Assembly (NCBI GenBank): GCA_965200085.1
Contig: OZ241333.1
Location: 2,403,704 to 2,467,703, forward strand
Origin: Dehalococcoidia bacterium
GTDB lineage: Bacteria > Chloroflexota > Dehalococcoidia > Lucifugimonadales > JADFKI01
Direction: 5' to 3'
DNA: 64,000 nucleotides
This document shows, piece by piece, positions 25,471 to 35,641 of this stretch; within the stretch, counting starts at the first letter, position 1; every line of letters begins with the position of its first letter. The translations under genes and the position numbers were made by a program. The notes under the pieces were generated by a model. That model saw nothing but the letters and a program-made list of their open reading frames with translations. It did no database searches and was not told where the DNA came from.

Positions 25471-27687
25471 ATGCCCAAAATTAAACTCGCATTCGTTCTA
25501 GTAGCAATAGTATTCCTTTCGTGGACCGTAAGCCAAACAAATCTCTTACACGCAGAAAGCAGCGAACCGCTCTATATCGTAGTAGTGGACAGGCATGCTG
25601 CCGGTATGTCTCAGGAAAACCAAGACCTGGCAGTCTCATTTGTAGGTTTGCTGTCTGCACTTCGTGAGAACCAACGCGTCGGCTTCTTGACAGCAGACAG
25701 CGAAGAATTTATCGGCCCAGCGGTATCAGGCAGCGCCGAGCACAAGAACGCATACAAAGAATTAACCGCCAGAATAGAGGATTCCTCCTCTGTTCCCGCA
25801 CATGACCTGTCAGCATCCTTATCTTACGCTCATGAACTAATGAAGTTCGAGAGCGCGGGCGAAGGCTCGACAGTCTATGTCGTATCAGGCGGCGAGCTGG
25901 AAGGCGAAGCCCCATTCGAAGCATTCCCGATAGGCGATACAATCAGCGCTTTCAACAGGGATAACTGGCATGTTGTCAGCATTGCTCTGCCGGGCTCTTC
26001 GACCTATGCGAAGGATTTCATGCGCACCGCATCAAGCGGCACCGGAGGCGACGTCTTTCCGCTGTCAACACCGCAGGAACTCAAACTCATCGCAGACAGC
26101 GTTCTAAGCGTGGACGCGAGAGGCTCTCTCTTTGAGATAGGCCAAAACGAACTAGCGCCCACCGACGTATTCACCGCACCCATCGAGGTCGCCCCAAGCA
26201 CTACCGAGTCCTCCATAGTGTTTTTCAAACAGGGAGCCGCAGGCTCTCTCAGCCTGCAAAACCCGGCTGGAATCAAGGCGTCTGAAGGGGATCGCGCCCT
26301 ATCTAGCGTAATAGAAACTCCCCACGCGGTCGTCTGGACGCTTACAGATCCGGCTCCCGGTGAATGGGTGGTAGATGTTCGCGGCGCTAATGGGTTCATC
26401 TCCGCCTGGCACTACCCCAACCACAAGCTTAATCTTAATCTTGTGTCCTTTGAGACGATTCCGTTTGATCAAAACAATGAAATCGTGGCTTATGTATCCG
26501 ACGGAGAAACGCGCGTAGATGTACCCAACGCCGAACTACGCGCCACTATTATCGACACCACCGGACAAATATTCACATACACCCTGAACGACAATGGTGA
26601 ACTTGGCGATTCTATCCCAGGAGATTTGTACTACTCGACTACGGTCCCTCCGCTGAGTGCAGAAGGCAAGCACAACATAGAACTGGAACTATACTGGCCC
26701 GAGTATGAGCACTCTATATTCACGCGCAATTCCGTTATGGCACAGGGCTTCCCTGTACTAGATGTTGACCTCACACATACTGAGGGTCTCACGCTCGGCA
26801 AGCGCGCAACCATCGGCACTGTAGAAGTTAAGGTCAACGAACAGCCTTACGGCATACCCACCAGCATGATCTCCGCCGAAATCTTGTCAGAAAGCGGCAA
26901 AGGCGTCGTAGAGATTATTCCGAGGGAACTGTTGAACACCGGGCACGCTTGGAATTTCGACATCGTGTTTACGCCGGCAGAAGAGGAACTTCACACCCTT
27001 TTCCTCCGTCTGGACATGGAGTATGCTGCACGCGAATACAGCTTCATGGCGAACTCTCAGGTGCTTTCTTCGTTCGCTCTTCCGGCAGCGCCTCCAACTC
27101 AATCAGTCGTAGTTCCAGTTCAGCAGAGTCAGCCTTCTCCGCCTCCTGTCGTAGTCCAGCCGGCACCGCCTGCGCCTGTCGTTGTTGAGCAGCCCCCTGC
27201 GCTGCCACAAGAGAGCGGAAGCTTCCCGGTGATGGCGGTAATATACACAGTGGCAAGTGCACTGGCACTGATTGTGATTGCGGCGCTAATCTATGTAGCT
27301 TACAGGCTGACACGCCCAAGTCCTTACGGCTACCTGTACGATGACACGGGCAAATTACTGGTAGATTTCTCAACTATTGAGCGTCCGTTCGCTACACTGC
27401 TGACATCCAAAAACCTGCTGCGCGGCGAAGAACTAGACGTCCCCGAAATGCGAGGATTGTCTTTCTATTACACGAAGGGCAATGTGGACATACGCAGCTC
27501 ACAGACGGAGCCAACCATTCGAGTCAACAATCGTCCGCTGATTAATGGTCAAGAAACTCGCTCGCTCAACCAGTCATGGATCGGCACACAGGGCAAACTC
27601 TTCAGCCTGTATTTGATGAAACCCGACCAAGCATCTGAGCCTTCAGTTGCGCCCATAGCAGGCGATGCCATAGCAGGCGATGATTAA
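25471..27687 (+). CDS. Large single-pass membrane protein: signal peptide, vWA-like N-domain (MIDAS not conserved), Ig-like beta region, Pro-rich stalk, TM helix and a cytosolic FHA-like C-terminal domain
   Basis: ATG 25471 follows GGAGG. LYIVVVDRHAAGMS...VYVVSGGE is vWA-like. The Pro-rich stalk is PAAPPTQSVVVPVQQSQPSPPPVVVQPAPPAPVVVEQPP. The TM helix is FPVMAVIYTVASALALIVIAALIYVAY. The C-terminal YGYLYDDTGKLL...LLRGEELDV...IRVNNRPLINGQ is FHA-like. Both domain calls are tentative. Confidence 0.6.
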   Translation: MPKIKLAFVLVAIVFLSWTVSQTNLLHAESSEPLYIVVVDRHAAGMSQENQDLAVSFVGLLSALRENQRVGFLTADSEEFIGPAVSGSAEHKNAYKELTARIEDSSSVPAHDLSASLSYAHELMKFESAGEGSTVYVVSGGELEGEAPFEAFPIGDTISAFNRDNWHVVSIALPGSSTYAKDFMRTASSGTGGDVFPLSTPQELKLIADSVLSVDARGSLFEIGQNELAPTDVFTAPIEVAPSTTESSIVFFKQGAAGSLSLQNPAGIKASEGDRALSSVIETPHAVVWTLTDPAPGEWVVDVRGANGFISAWHYPNHKLNLNLVSFETIPFDQNNEIVAYVSDGETRVDVPNAELRATIIDTTGQIFTYTLNDNGELGDSIPGDLYYSTTVPPLSAEGKHNIELELYWPEYEHSIFTRNSVMAQGFPVLDVDLTHTEGLTLGKRATIGTVEVKVNEQPYGIPTSMISAEILSESGKGVVEIIPRELLNTGHAWNFDIVFTPAEEELHTLFLRLDMEYAAREYSFMANSQVLSSFALPAAPPTQSVVVPVQQSQPSPPPVVVQPAPPAPVVVEQPPALPQESGSFPVMAVIYTVASALALIVIAALIYVAYRLTRPSPYGYLYDDTGKLLVDFSTIERPFATLLTSKNLLRGEELDVPEMRGLSFYYTKGNVDIRSSQTEPTIRVNNRPLINGQETRSLNQSWIGTQGKLFSLYLMKPDQASEPSVAPIAGDAIAGDD

Positions 27688-27745
27688 TATGCATCATTAG
27701 CAGAGTAACCTGTCCCATCAAATAGAAGGGACACACAAACACAAA

Positions 27746-27785
27746 AAGAGGCGCTGGTATTTATAAATAAATACCAGCGCCTCTT
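27746..27785. terminator. Bidirectional stem-loop terminator between convergent genes
   Basis: AAGAGGCGCTGGTATTTA (27746-27763) pairs with TAAATACCAGCGCCTCTT (27768-27785). It is flanked by an A-run upstream and T-rich sequence downstream. Confidence 0.7.
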
Positions 27786-27868
27786 ACTTAGAGGTTATAA
27801 CTATTTAACTATTCCCGACTCCCATCCGAACAGGAGTCGGATATCAAGTGCAGCAGAGATGAAATTAA

Positions 27869-28414
27869 TCAGTCCGATTCCTCGATACGAATTGTCTTCA
27901 TTGCGTCACCCGGCGTTCTATGCCGCATCGGATCTCGCACCGCAATGCCGTTCACCACATCCATACCTGACACAACCTTGCCAAAGACCGAGTGGTGATC
28001 GTCAAGATGTGGTGTGGGAACGAATGTGATGAAGAACTGACTGCCGTTAGTGCCACGCCCACCGCGGACTCCTGCATTCGCCATCGAAAGAATGCCAGGC
28101 GAATTGTGCCGCAGGTTAGGATGAAATTCGTCATCGAACTGATACCCGGGCCCACCGCTGCCAGAACCTGTCGGATCTCCGCCCTGAGCCATAAAGCCTG
28201 GAATTACACGATGGAAGGTTACTCCATCGTAGTATCCGTCTCGCGCAAGAAATACAAAGTTGTTCACGGTTACCGGCACTTCCGCAGCGAACAGCTCTAT
28301 CTGTATCTCGCCGCCCTTCTCCATCTCTATCGTCGCAGTGTATCTCTTGCTCTGATCTATCGCCATAGCAGGCGGCGAATCATACCGTTTAATTGTCACA
28401 GTTCCTCCAATCAA
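27869..28414 (-). CDS. Peptidyl-prolyl cis-trans isomerase, cyclophilin type (cytoplasmic form)
   Basis: [74 protein letters not shown]. Confidence 0.9.
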   Translation of the reverse strand: MIGGTVTIKRYDSPPAMAIDQSKRYTATIEMEKGGEIQIELFAAEVPVTVNNFVFLARDGYYDGVTFHRVIPGFMAQGGDPTGSGSGGPGYQFDDEFHPNLRHNSPGILSMANAGVRGGRGTNGSQFFITFVPTPHLDDHHSVFGKVVSGMDVVNGIAVRDPMRHRTPGDAMKTIRIEESD

Positions 28415-28428
28415 TCTTGCTCTATAAC

Positions 28429-29211
28429 TTAATTCTCTTCAATCCTAATCGTCTTAATTGCATCTCCAAGAAAGCTCGGCGGAGGCCGCGCGCTCGGATC
28501 GCGCTTCCTGATATCAAGCACCACATCCATTCCTTCTACAACCTTGCCAAAAACTGAATGGCAAGATACTCCCCTCTCCGTGCATGCCTTCTCCGAACCG
28601 TCAGGATTCAGCCCGTCAAGGAATCCGGTATCACGGAATGTGATAAAGAACTGGCTGCCGTTAGTACCCATGCCGTTACGCATACCTGCGTTCGCCATCG
28701 AAAGTATCCCAGGGCCGTCATGCTGCAGTTCGGGATGAAATTCGTTATCGAACCGATAACCGGGACCGCCTCCGCCGGAGCCGGTCGGGTCGCCCGTCTG
28801 TGCCATGAAGCCGTCAAGGACTCTGTGGAAAGTAACACCGTCGTAGAAGCCTTCATTGGCAAGGAAGACAAAGTTATTAACCGTCATCGGAGCGCGCTTT
28901 TCAAAAAGGTCTATTACGATCTCACCGCCTTTTTCCAATTCGATGACTGCTGTAAAATCCTTGCTTGTATCTATCGTCATCGCAGGCGGTGCGTCCCACT
29001 GCTTGAATGCAGGCTCCGGTGCGGCGGCGGCAGGTGCAGGCTGAGTAGGCGCAGGCTGAGCAGGCGCAGCAGTAGGCGCTTTTGGCGCCCCAAGTTCCGG
29101 CTCGCTCGAACCGCAAGCTATCATTAGCAGCGCAAACACCGCCGCAGCCGTAAACGCCATCGTTCGTGAATATCTGACTAGCATTTTCTTATTAAAACCT
29201 TCCTGCAACAT
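28429..29211 (-). CDS. Peptidyl-prolyl cis-trans isomerase, cyclophilin type, with lipoprotein signal and Pro/Ala linker
   Basis: The lipobox is [11 protein letters not shown] and the linker is [26 protein letters not shown]. The cyclophilin core follows: [41 protein letters not shown]. Confidence 0.88.
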   Translation of the reverse strand: MLQEGFNKKMLVRYSRTMAFTAAAVFALLMIACGSSEPELGAPKAPTAAPAQPAPTQPAPAAAAPEPAFKQWDAPPAMTIDTSKDFTAVIELEKGGEIVIDLFEKRAPMTVNNFVFLANEGFYDGVTFHRVLDGFMAQTGDPTGSGGGGPGYRFDNEFHPELQHDGPGILSMANAGMRNGMGTNGSQFFITFRDTGFLDGLNPDGSEKACTERGVSCHSVFGKVVEGMDVVLDIRKRDPSARPPPSFLGDAIKTIRIEEN

Positions 29212-29333
29212 GCCTGTAAAATGGCGCTATCTCTCTGCGCCTCCAGCGACACCTATTCTACAATCGCCGCAACTTAATCGCTACCCCAAGCACGCAAATC
29301 ACTTGTCATCTCAATTAGCATCAGCCCAGGGCA

Positions 29334-30257
29334 TCAACCTATGGCATTTGCGAAGTGCATCGCTTGGTCAACAATGTCAACGCCAACCATCTCGCTGTGC
29401 GCGCTGATGAGCTGACGAGTTATCGGGCCTGGACACTCATCTCCCACTCTTCGATTATCCACTCGGCTTACGGGTACAATGCGCGGACTCGTGCGCGAGA
29501 AGAACACCTCGTCCGCAGTGTACAGGTCGTATGGCTGCAAATCCTCTTCACTAAACGGAATATCCAAACGATCAGCCAACTCTATCAGTACACCGCGAGA
29601 AATGCCTTGCAATATGCTGCGATCTGTCGGCGTTTTGAGAACACCGTCCTTCACAAGAAACACATTGTACCCGCTGCCTTCCGTAAGGTTGCCCGCATCG
29701 TCCAGCAAAATTGGCTGTGCATCCGGATCAACATCCGAAACCTCAAGTTCCGCCTGCACGAAGTTTAACCGGCTGTGATGCTTCACCTTCGGATCCAGCA
29801 CCTGGCTGCTGTAACTTCGAGTGCGTGCTATTACCCCGTGCGCTCCATCTGTGTAGAAGTGTGCGAACGACGCAAACGCCACAGGTTTCACGCTGATGCA
29901 CACCGTTGCTGGTCCTGCATCTCCGATCCGCCTCGCTTGAGTGCCGCGCGTAACAAATGGGTTAATCGTAAAGTCTCCCACGCTCGCCAAGCGCTCCTCA
30001 TTGTGCCTCACTGCCTCTTCACAAAGTCTAGCCATTTCAGCAGGACTGATACCGCAATCGATGCGAAGATACTTCAGTGAGCGGTACAGCCTATCAACAT
30101 GCCTGTCTAGCAAAAACGGTACGCCGTTGAAAGTGCGCGCGATGTCAAAGACGACATCTGCCACCATAAAACCTCTGTCGTCAGGTGAAATCCGCACATC
30201 CTTGTACGCAACCCACTCACCATTGAAATACGCCGTGTATTCGCCATAATCAGCCAT
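29334..30257 (-). CDS. Class IV (branched-chain / D-amino-acid) aminotransferase
   Basis: FNGEWVAYKDVRISPDDRGFMVADVVFD, LDRHVDRLYRS, NVFLVKDGVLKTP, ILQGISR. ATG 30257 follows AGGAG. Confidence 0.82.
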   Translation of the reverse strand: MADYGEYTAYFNGEWVAYKDVRISPDDRGFMVADVVFDIARTFNGVPFLLDRHVDRLYRSLKYLRIDCGISPAEMARLCEEAVRHNEERLASVGDFTINPFVTRGTQARRIGDAGPATVCISVKPVAFASFAHFYTDGAHGVIARTRSYSSQVLDPKVKHHSRLNFVQAELEVSDVDPDAQPILLDDAGNLTEGSGYNVFLVKDGVLKTPTDRSILQGISRGVLIELADRLDIPFSEEDLQPYDLYTADEVFFSRTSPRIVPVSRVDNRRVGDECPGPITRQLISAHSEMVGVDIVDQAMHFANAIG

Positions 30258-30614
30258 CACAAATCTCCTGTACATATTTCAGTACTGCTGTCATCCCGCT
30301 CTCGTCATAATATATCACCACGTCCTTGATATGCCATGCTGCCTCGAAGAATGCAGCCCAATCGTTAACGGAAGCAAAGTCTTCATATCAGATTTTATAT
30401 CAGCAAGTCTATTGATGATGCATGCAACCTCATGTTGTGCTATTTGTGCTATAAAAGATGTAACATTTCTTATGTGAAAGATTACCGTGTCGATTTAATC
30501 AAACAGACCGCAAGCAGACAGCAAACAGGACAAACAATCAGTACAGCAAGATCAATCCAAACTAACCGCACTAACCGCAGCGCAGCGCATGTACACGGCA
30601 CACGAGCGCCCATA

Positions 30615-31334
30615 GTGGAGATGCGCGCCCTGACAAAGCGATACGAAGAGGGGAATGAGACGCGCTCTGTGATTCAAAACGCCGAATCTGAGATTTATCG
30701 AGGCGAGTTCGTCGCATTAGCAGGTCCCAGCGGCTCCGGCAAGACCACACTCCTCAATCTTGTCAGCGGCATCGACACTCCAACAAGCGGCGATGTGCTA
30801 ATAAACTCTGTATCCATTACAAACCTTACTGAAAAAGAGCGCACTCTATTCAGGCGAAAAAACATCGGGTTCGTATTCCAATTCTTCAACCTGATTCCAA
30901 CACTGAGCGTCCGCGAAAACCTCCTGCTGCCACTCCAGCTCAACAACTTTTCGAATGTAAAGTCGGAAAGAAGGATTTCAGAACTTCTGGAACGAGTTGG
31001 CATGCGAGACCGCCTCGACAGCTACCCGGACAGGCTATCCGGCGGAGAGCAGCAGCGAGTAGCAATTGCCCGCGCACTCGCACACGACCCACTCCTTGTT
31101 CTTGCTGACGAACCAACGGGCAATCTCGATTCTGAAACCGGAATGTCAATCCTACTGCTTCTCAAAAGTATGGTAGAGGACAGCGGCAAGACGATGATAA
31201 TCGTGTCTCACAGTGATGTCGTTGTCAGAATGGCAAACCGCGTGCTCACGATGGAAGACGGCAGGCTGGTGGAACGAACGCCCGGCGATACTCGCATCAC
31301 ACTCCCCTATCGGCGACAGTCCGAGCAAGCATAA
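30615..31334 (+). CDS. ABC transporter ATP-binding protein (MacB/LolD/AttE-like)
   Basis: Walker A is GPSGSGKTT, the signature is [15 protein letters not shown], and Walker B is [12 protein letters not shown]. The start is uncertain: GTG 30615 or ATG 30621. The upstream part of track ORF 30432-31334 is low-complexity and probably leader sequence. Confidence 0.85.
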   Translation: MEMRALTKRYEEGNETRSVIQNAESEIYRGEFVALAGPSGSGKTTLLNLVSGIDTPTSGDVLINSVSITNLTEKERTLFRRKNIGFVFQFFNLIPTLSVRENLLLPLQLNNFSNVKSERRISELLERVGMRDRLDSYPDRLSGGEQQRVAIARALAHDPLLVLADEPTGNLDSETGMSILLLLKSMVEDSGKTMIIVSHSDVVVRMANRVLTMEDGRLVERTPGDTRITLPYRRQSEQA

Positions 31335-31357
31335 GCGGGAAGCAGAGTGTATATGGC

Positions 31358-33943
31358 ATGAGTAAAGTACTCTGGCTTTCGAGCATGCGCTACCTGCTCA
31401 ACCGCTCCTGGCAGATGGCGCTCTCAGTGCTAAGCATAACTCTCGGCGTGGCTATTGTGATTGCCATAGACCTCGGAAATCAGAGCGCAAAGCACGCCTT
31501 CAGCCTGTCCACAGAAGCAGTTACCGGCAAGGCAACGCATCACATCATTGGCGGACCCGGCGGTTTGCCTGAAGACACATATCGCGCTTTACGCCTTGAT
31601 CTAGGCGTCAGAACCTCCGCGCCGGTCGTGGAAGGTTATGCCCGTCTGCCCGGAGATACAACAAATGGAACAATACTGCGTCTGCTCGGAATAGATCCGA
31701 TAGCAGACGACCAGTTCCGACCATACGCCGACAGCAATTCGGAAGGCAGAGGCGCGCGTGCCCCCATGAACTTCGCCACATCCCTTCTCGCAGCGCCGAA
31801 CACCGCTCTGCTGTCAGCAGATACCGCCAATTCTCTGAATCTGCAGTCAGGGGATTCCGTAACTCTGGAAATCGCGGGCACAGAGCGCGTAATCGATATT
31901 GTGGGACTAATCACACCGAGTAACAGCCTGAGCAGCGAAACGCTGAAGAACTTACTTATCACCGATATATCAACGGCGCAGGAGCTAACCGGGTCTGAGG
32001 GGCGTATTAGTCGTATAGATCTAATCGTACAGTCGGATGAACAAGCAAAGACGCTTATGGCACGGATACGCTCCATTCTGCCGGCGGAAGCAGCTCTGGT
32101 AAGTGCGGAGAATCGATCAGAGACCATCGAAGAATTGACAAGCGCCTTCGACGACAATCTCTTTGTCATAAGCCTGCTCGGTCTCATCGTAGGTGCGTTC
32201 CTGATTTACAACGCGATGACATTCTCCATAGTACAGCGCCGTCCCCTCATAGGCACGCTGCGTGCGCTCGGCGTTACGAGGCGGCAGATATTCACCCTGG
32301 TGCTCAGTGAAGCGCTGATTATCGGAATTATCAGCTCAGTCATCGGGGTGCTGCTTGGCATAGTAATCGGGCGCGGCATTCTGAACATCATTACGCAAAC
32401 CATTACCGATCTATTCTTCGTATCATCAGTCCAGGAACTTTCTATTCCTGCGTGGGCACTGATAAAGGGCGCAATGCTGGGGATAATCGCTACATTGGCG
32501 GCAGCCTTCGTTCCTGCGCTCGAAGCAACCGGCATCCCGGCGAGAGAAAGCCTTTCCCGCTCACACCTTGAAGCGCGCCTCAGGAATACCGTGCCGCTCG
32601 CCTCAATAGTGGGTGTCGGTCTGTCAGCCGTAGGCACGGCTCTGCTGTTCTTACCCTCACAGTCGCTCATTCTTGCTTTCATAGGCATAGGCATCATCGT
32701 GCTCGGATACGCTATGCTTACACCTGCCTGCGTAATCCTATTCAGCAAGTCGATCGCGCCGCTCTTGCATAGCGTTTTCGGCACAATGGGCACAATGGCA
32801 GCGCGCGGAATATCCGCCTCCATCAGCCGCACCGCCGTGGCAATCGCGGCATTAGCGGTGGCAATATCCATCACAATTTCCATTGATACTATGGTGCAGA
32901 GCTTCCGCAGCACAGTGGTTCAATGGCTGGACAATTCACTCAGCTCAGACATTTACATCTCCCCGGCATCTTTCAGTTCTCAAGGAGCAGGTGAAGAATT
33001 AAAATCACATATACTTGACCGCATACGAACTATCAGTGAAGTAGAAAGCATACGCACCGTTCGCAACGCACGCGTCAATTCCCCTGACGGCGAAGTTGAG
33101 CTTCTTGCGTTCGACACAAATTATGACAACTTCGTGCGCTACAACTCATTCAAGGAAGGAAGCCCTGCGCTAATCTGGGACGAGCTGCAAAGCGGCGAAG
33201 CAGTGGCCGTGTCGGAACCTTACGCCTACCATAACGACAAAGGCATCGGTTCAACGGTTCGCCTTTTCACATCCGAGGGAACGCGCGACTTTCGCATAGC
33301 GGGCATCTACTACGACTATCGCAACTCCGCAAACGGCAAAGTAATGATGAGCCGCAGCGCATATAACCGCTTCTGGAACGACGAAAGTTTCACCGGGATA
33401 GGAATAACGGCAACAGACGGAAGCGATATCGATGGTCTAAAAGCTGCGATCGAAAACGCAATTGGCAACGACGCCGATGTAGAAATAAGATCCAACGCAG
33501 AACTTAAAGCTGCGGCGCTTGAAGTATTCGAGCGAAGCTTCGCCATCACATCGGTTGTGTATGCCCTGTCAATAATCGTAGCATTTGTGGGCGTGCTGAG
33601 CGCTCTGATGGCGATGCAGATGGAGCGCTCAACCGAGTTCGCCACACTCCGCGCTATAGGCTTCACTCCGGGACAGGTTTGGTTAATGTTCACATCACAG
33701 ACAGGACTGATGGGTATAGCCGCAGGCTTGATAGCGCTGCCACTGGGACTGATACAAGGCGCTGTGCTCATATTCATAGTTAATCGGAGGTCATTCGGCT
33801 GGTCAATGGATATGGAAATCTATCCGTTAATGCTGGTGCAGGCTGTCGTCTTTGCCGCTGCCGCTGCCCTGCTTGCATCAGTCTATCCGGCTATTAAAAT
33901 GTCTCGTTCCTCACCCGCCGAAGTGCTGCATCATGATGAGTGA
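31358..33943 (+). CDS. ABC transporter permease with duplicated FtsX-type domains (AttF/G-like, YbbP-like)
   Basis: 861 aa. Two blocks of four TM helices follow large periplasmic loops. FtsX-like motifs are RRPLIGTLRALGVTRRQI and EFATLRAIGFTPGQV. Confidence 0.85.
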   Translation: MSKVLWLSSMRYLLNRSWQMALSVLSITLGVAIVIAIDLGNQSAKHAFSLSTEAVTGKATHHIIGGPGGLPEDTYRALRLDLGVRTSAPVVEGYARLPGDTTNGTILRLLGIDPIADDQFRPYADSNSEGRGARAPMNFATSLLAAPNTALLSADTANSLNLQSGDSVTLEIAGTERVIDIVGLITPSNSLSSETLKNLLITDISTAQELTGSEGRISRIDLIVQSDEQAKTLMARIRSILPAEAALVSAENRSETIEELTSAFDDNLFVISLLGLIVGAFLIYNAMTFSIVQRRPLIGTLRALGVTRRQIFTLVLSEALIIGIISSVIGVLLGIVIGRGILNIITQTITDLFFVSSVQELSIPAWALIKGAMLGIIATLAAAFVPALEATGIPARESLSRSHLEARLRNTVPLASIVGVGLSAVGTALLFLPSQSLILAFIGIGIIVLGYAMLTPACVILFSKSIAPLLHSVFGTMGTMAARGISASISRTAVAIAALAVAISITISIDTMVQSFRSTVVQWLDNSLSSDIYISPASFSSQGAGEELKSHILDRIRTISEVESIRTVRNARVNSPDGEVELLAFDTNYDNFVRYNSFKEGSPALIWDELQSGEAVAVSEPYAYHNDKGIGSTVRLFTSEGTRDFRIAGIYYDYRNSANGKVMMSRSAYNRFWNDESFTGIGITATDGSDIDGLKAAIENAIGNDADVEIRSNAELKAAALEVFERSFAITSVVYALSIIVAFVGVLSALMAMQMERSTEFATLRAIGFTPGQVWLMFTSQTGLMGIAAGLIALPLGLIQGAVLIFIVNRRSFGWSMDMEIYPLMLVQAVVFAAAAALLASVYPAIKMSRSSPAEVLHHDE

Positions 33944-33946
33944 TAT

Positions 33947-35119
33947 ATGAGTGATATTACGCGATTCGCAATAATTGCGGCGGGTCTGTCCATAACAGTC
34001 GCGGCTCTAGGCACCATCGCTTATGCGCTCGCTCTATCAGGGCAGACTACGGAAGTCGGAGCAAGCCTATCCCTGTCGGACGCGCTAAGTGTGAGCGCCG
34101 CCAATTTTAAGAGTGTTACCACGGCGAAGCCACTCACTTTCCCCGAAGACCATGGCGCCCACCCGGAATATGCAATTGAATGGTGGTACTACACTGGGAA
34201 TCTCGACACGGCAGCAGGCAGACATTTCGGCTACGAGCTTACCTTCTTCAGAACAGGCTTGACGGCAAACGAAAGTCAGCGAAGTTCAAAGTGGGCAGCG
34301 CAGAACATATATTACGCGCACTTCGCCTTAACCGACGTCGAGAACGAGGACTTCTACGCATTCGAACGAAGCAGCCGAGATGCACTCGGATTAGCAGGGG
34401 TAACAGCTGCTCCCTTCCGCGTCTGGCTGGAAAACTGGTCTGTGGCATCCGTCGGCGATAGTACGCTGCCAATGCGCCTGCATGTGATGGAAGAAGATGC
34501 GGGCATAGAAATCGAACTTCTACTCCTATACGGCGGTAAAGACACCGTGCTTCATGGCGAAGACGGTTTCAGCAGAAAAAGCAGCAGCTCCGACACGGCA
34601 TCTTATTACTATTCCATCACCCGCATGCCAACAAGAGGCACAGTTACCATCAACGGCGAGTCCCATACTGTCAGCGGCGCCAGCTGGCTCGACAGAGAAT
34701 GGAGTTCTAATCGGCTTTCTGATGAACACATCGGCTGGGACTGGTTCGCACTCCAACTGTCGGATGGCCGCGACATCATGTACGGCATACTGCGCCCACG
34801 CGAAGACAGCGGAAACGCTTTCAGATTAGGTACGATAGTAGCGGCAAATGGCGAATACAAAAGCATAGAAGCGCATAACGAAGTACGTATTACCGTATTA
34901 GATGAGTGGCAAAGCCCGCTCGGAGGTATCTACCCATCCGGCTGGCGCTTCCAAATCCTCACAGAGGGGTTAGACCTTGAAATTACCCCATACATCAGAA
35001 ACCAAGAGCTAGACACCGTCGTTCGGTATTGGGAAGGAGCGGTTCGAATAGAAGGCACATCAAACGGACAGCCCATCAGCGGCAGCGGATATGTCGAGCT
35101 GACCGGATACGCTGATTAG
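33947..35119 (+). CDS. AttH-like / CrtC-like (hydroxyneurosporene synthase family) lipocalin-fold protein
   Basis: FPEDHGAHPEYAIEWWYYTGNL...GYELTFFR and WLDREWSS are typical of AttH/CrtC-family proteins. An N-terminal TM/signal segment is present. Confidence 0.75.
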   Translation: MSDITRFAIIAAGLSITVAALGTIAYALALSGQTTEVGASLSLSDALSVSAANFKSVTTAKPLTFPEDHGAHPEYAIEWWYYTGNLDTAAGRHFGYELTFFRTGLTANESQRSSKWAAQNIYYAHFALTDVENEDFYAFERSSRDALGLAGVTAAPFRVWLENWSVASVGDSTLPMRLHVMEEDAGIEIELLLLYGGKDTVLHGEDGFSRKSSSSDTASYYYSITRMPTRGTVTINGESHTVSGASWLDREWSSNRLSDEHIGWDWFALQLSDGRDIMYGILRPREDSGNAFRLGTIVAANGEYKSIEAHNEVRITVLDEWQSPLGGIYPSGWRFQILTEGLDLEITPYIRNQELDTVVRYWEGAVRIEGTSNGQPISGSGYVELTGYAD

Positions 35120-35409
35120 CCCTCGTTCAGAAACTGAACCGCTTCATCGGCATCCAGCAGAGGATAAATCGCGAACTCCGCAGGAATCATCTCCGACCAT
35201 TCCGTAAGAAGGCGATGCAGCTCCTCATTGGAATCCACATCAAACAGCGCCACCGCTCCCCGTCCTGTGCGCGCAAAAACGAAACGCGCCAGTCCTCTGT
35301 CGAGCTTGTCCTGCGCCCAGGGCCAATACTGCTGCCTTTGCTCACGAACTTCCGAAGGCCGGGTTGGGTGCGGGCTGCTTATAGCAAGGAACAACATGCG
35401 TCTCTTCAC
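35116..35409 (-). CDS. Small dimeric alpha+beta-barrel protein (muconolactone-isomerase-like or DUF3303-like)
   Basis: 97 aa: MLFLAISSPHP...GAVALFDVDSNEELHRLLTEWSEMIPAEFAIYPL. The pattern resembles the MIase fold. This is a weak assignment. Confidence 0.35.
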   Translation of the reverse strand: MKRRMLFLAISSPHPTRPSEVREQRQQYWPWAQDKLDRGLARFVFARTGRGAVALFDVDSNEELHRLLTEWSEMIPAEFAIYPLLDADEAVQFLNEG

Positions 35410-35641
35410 TTCCTAATCTATTCTATAAACTATGTGCTGCCGAAAAGCATAGAACCACATCTTACAATAGATTCCAAGTCCATATACATTTTTCCATTTC
35501 ATCCCAGGCAGGTCTGCCGTATAACCAATCCACTTGTGGCACATTTGCAGTTCGCACTAACTCTGTGATAGCCTCTCAACCGGAATACAAACTGCGTCCG
35601 CTCCAACAGTTATTATTGGATTGGAGCAGAAGGAGCAGATA

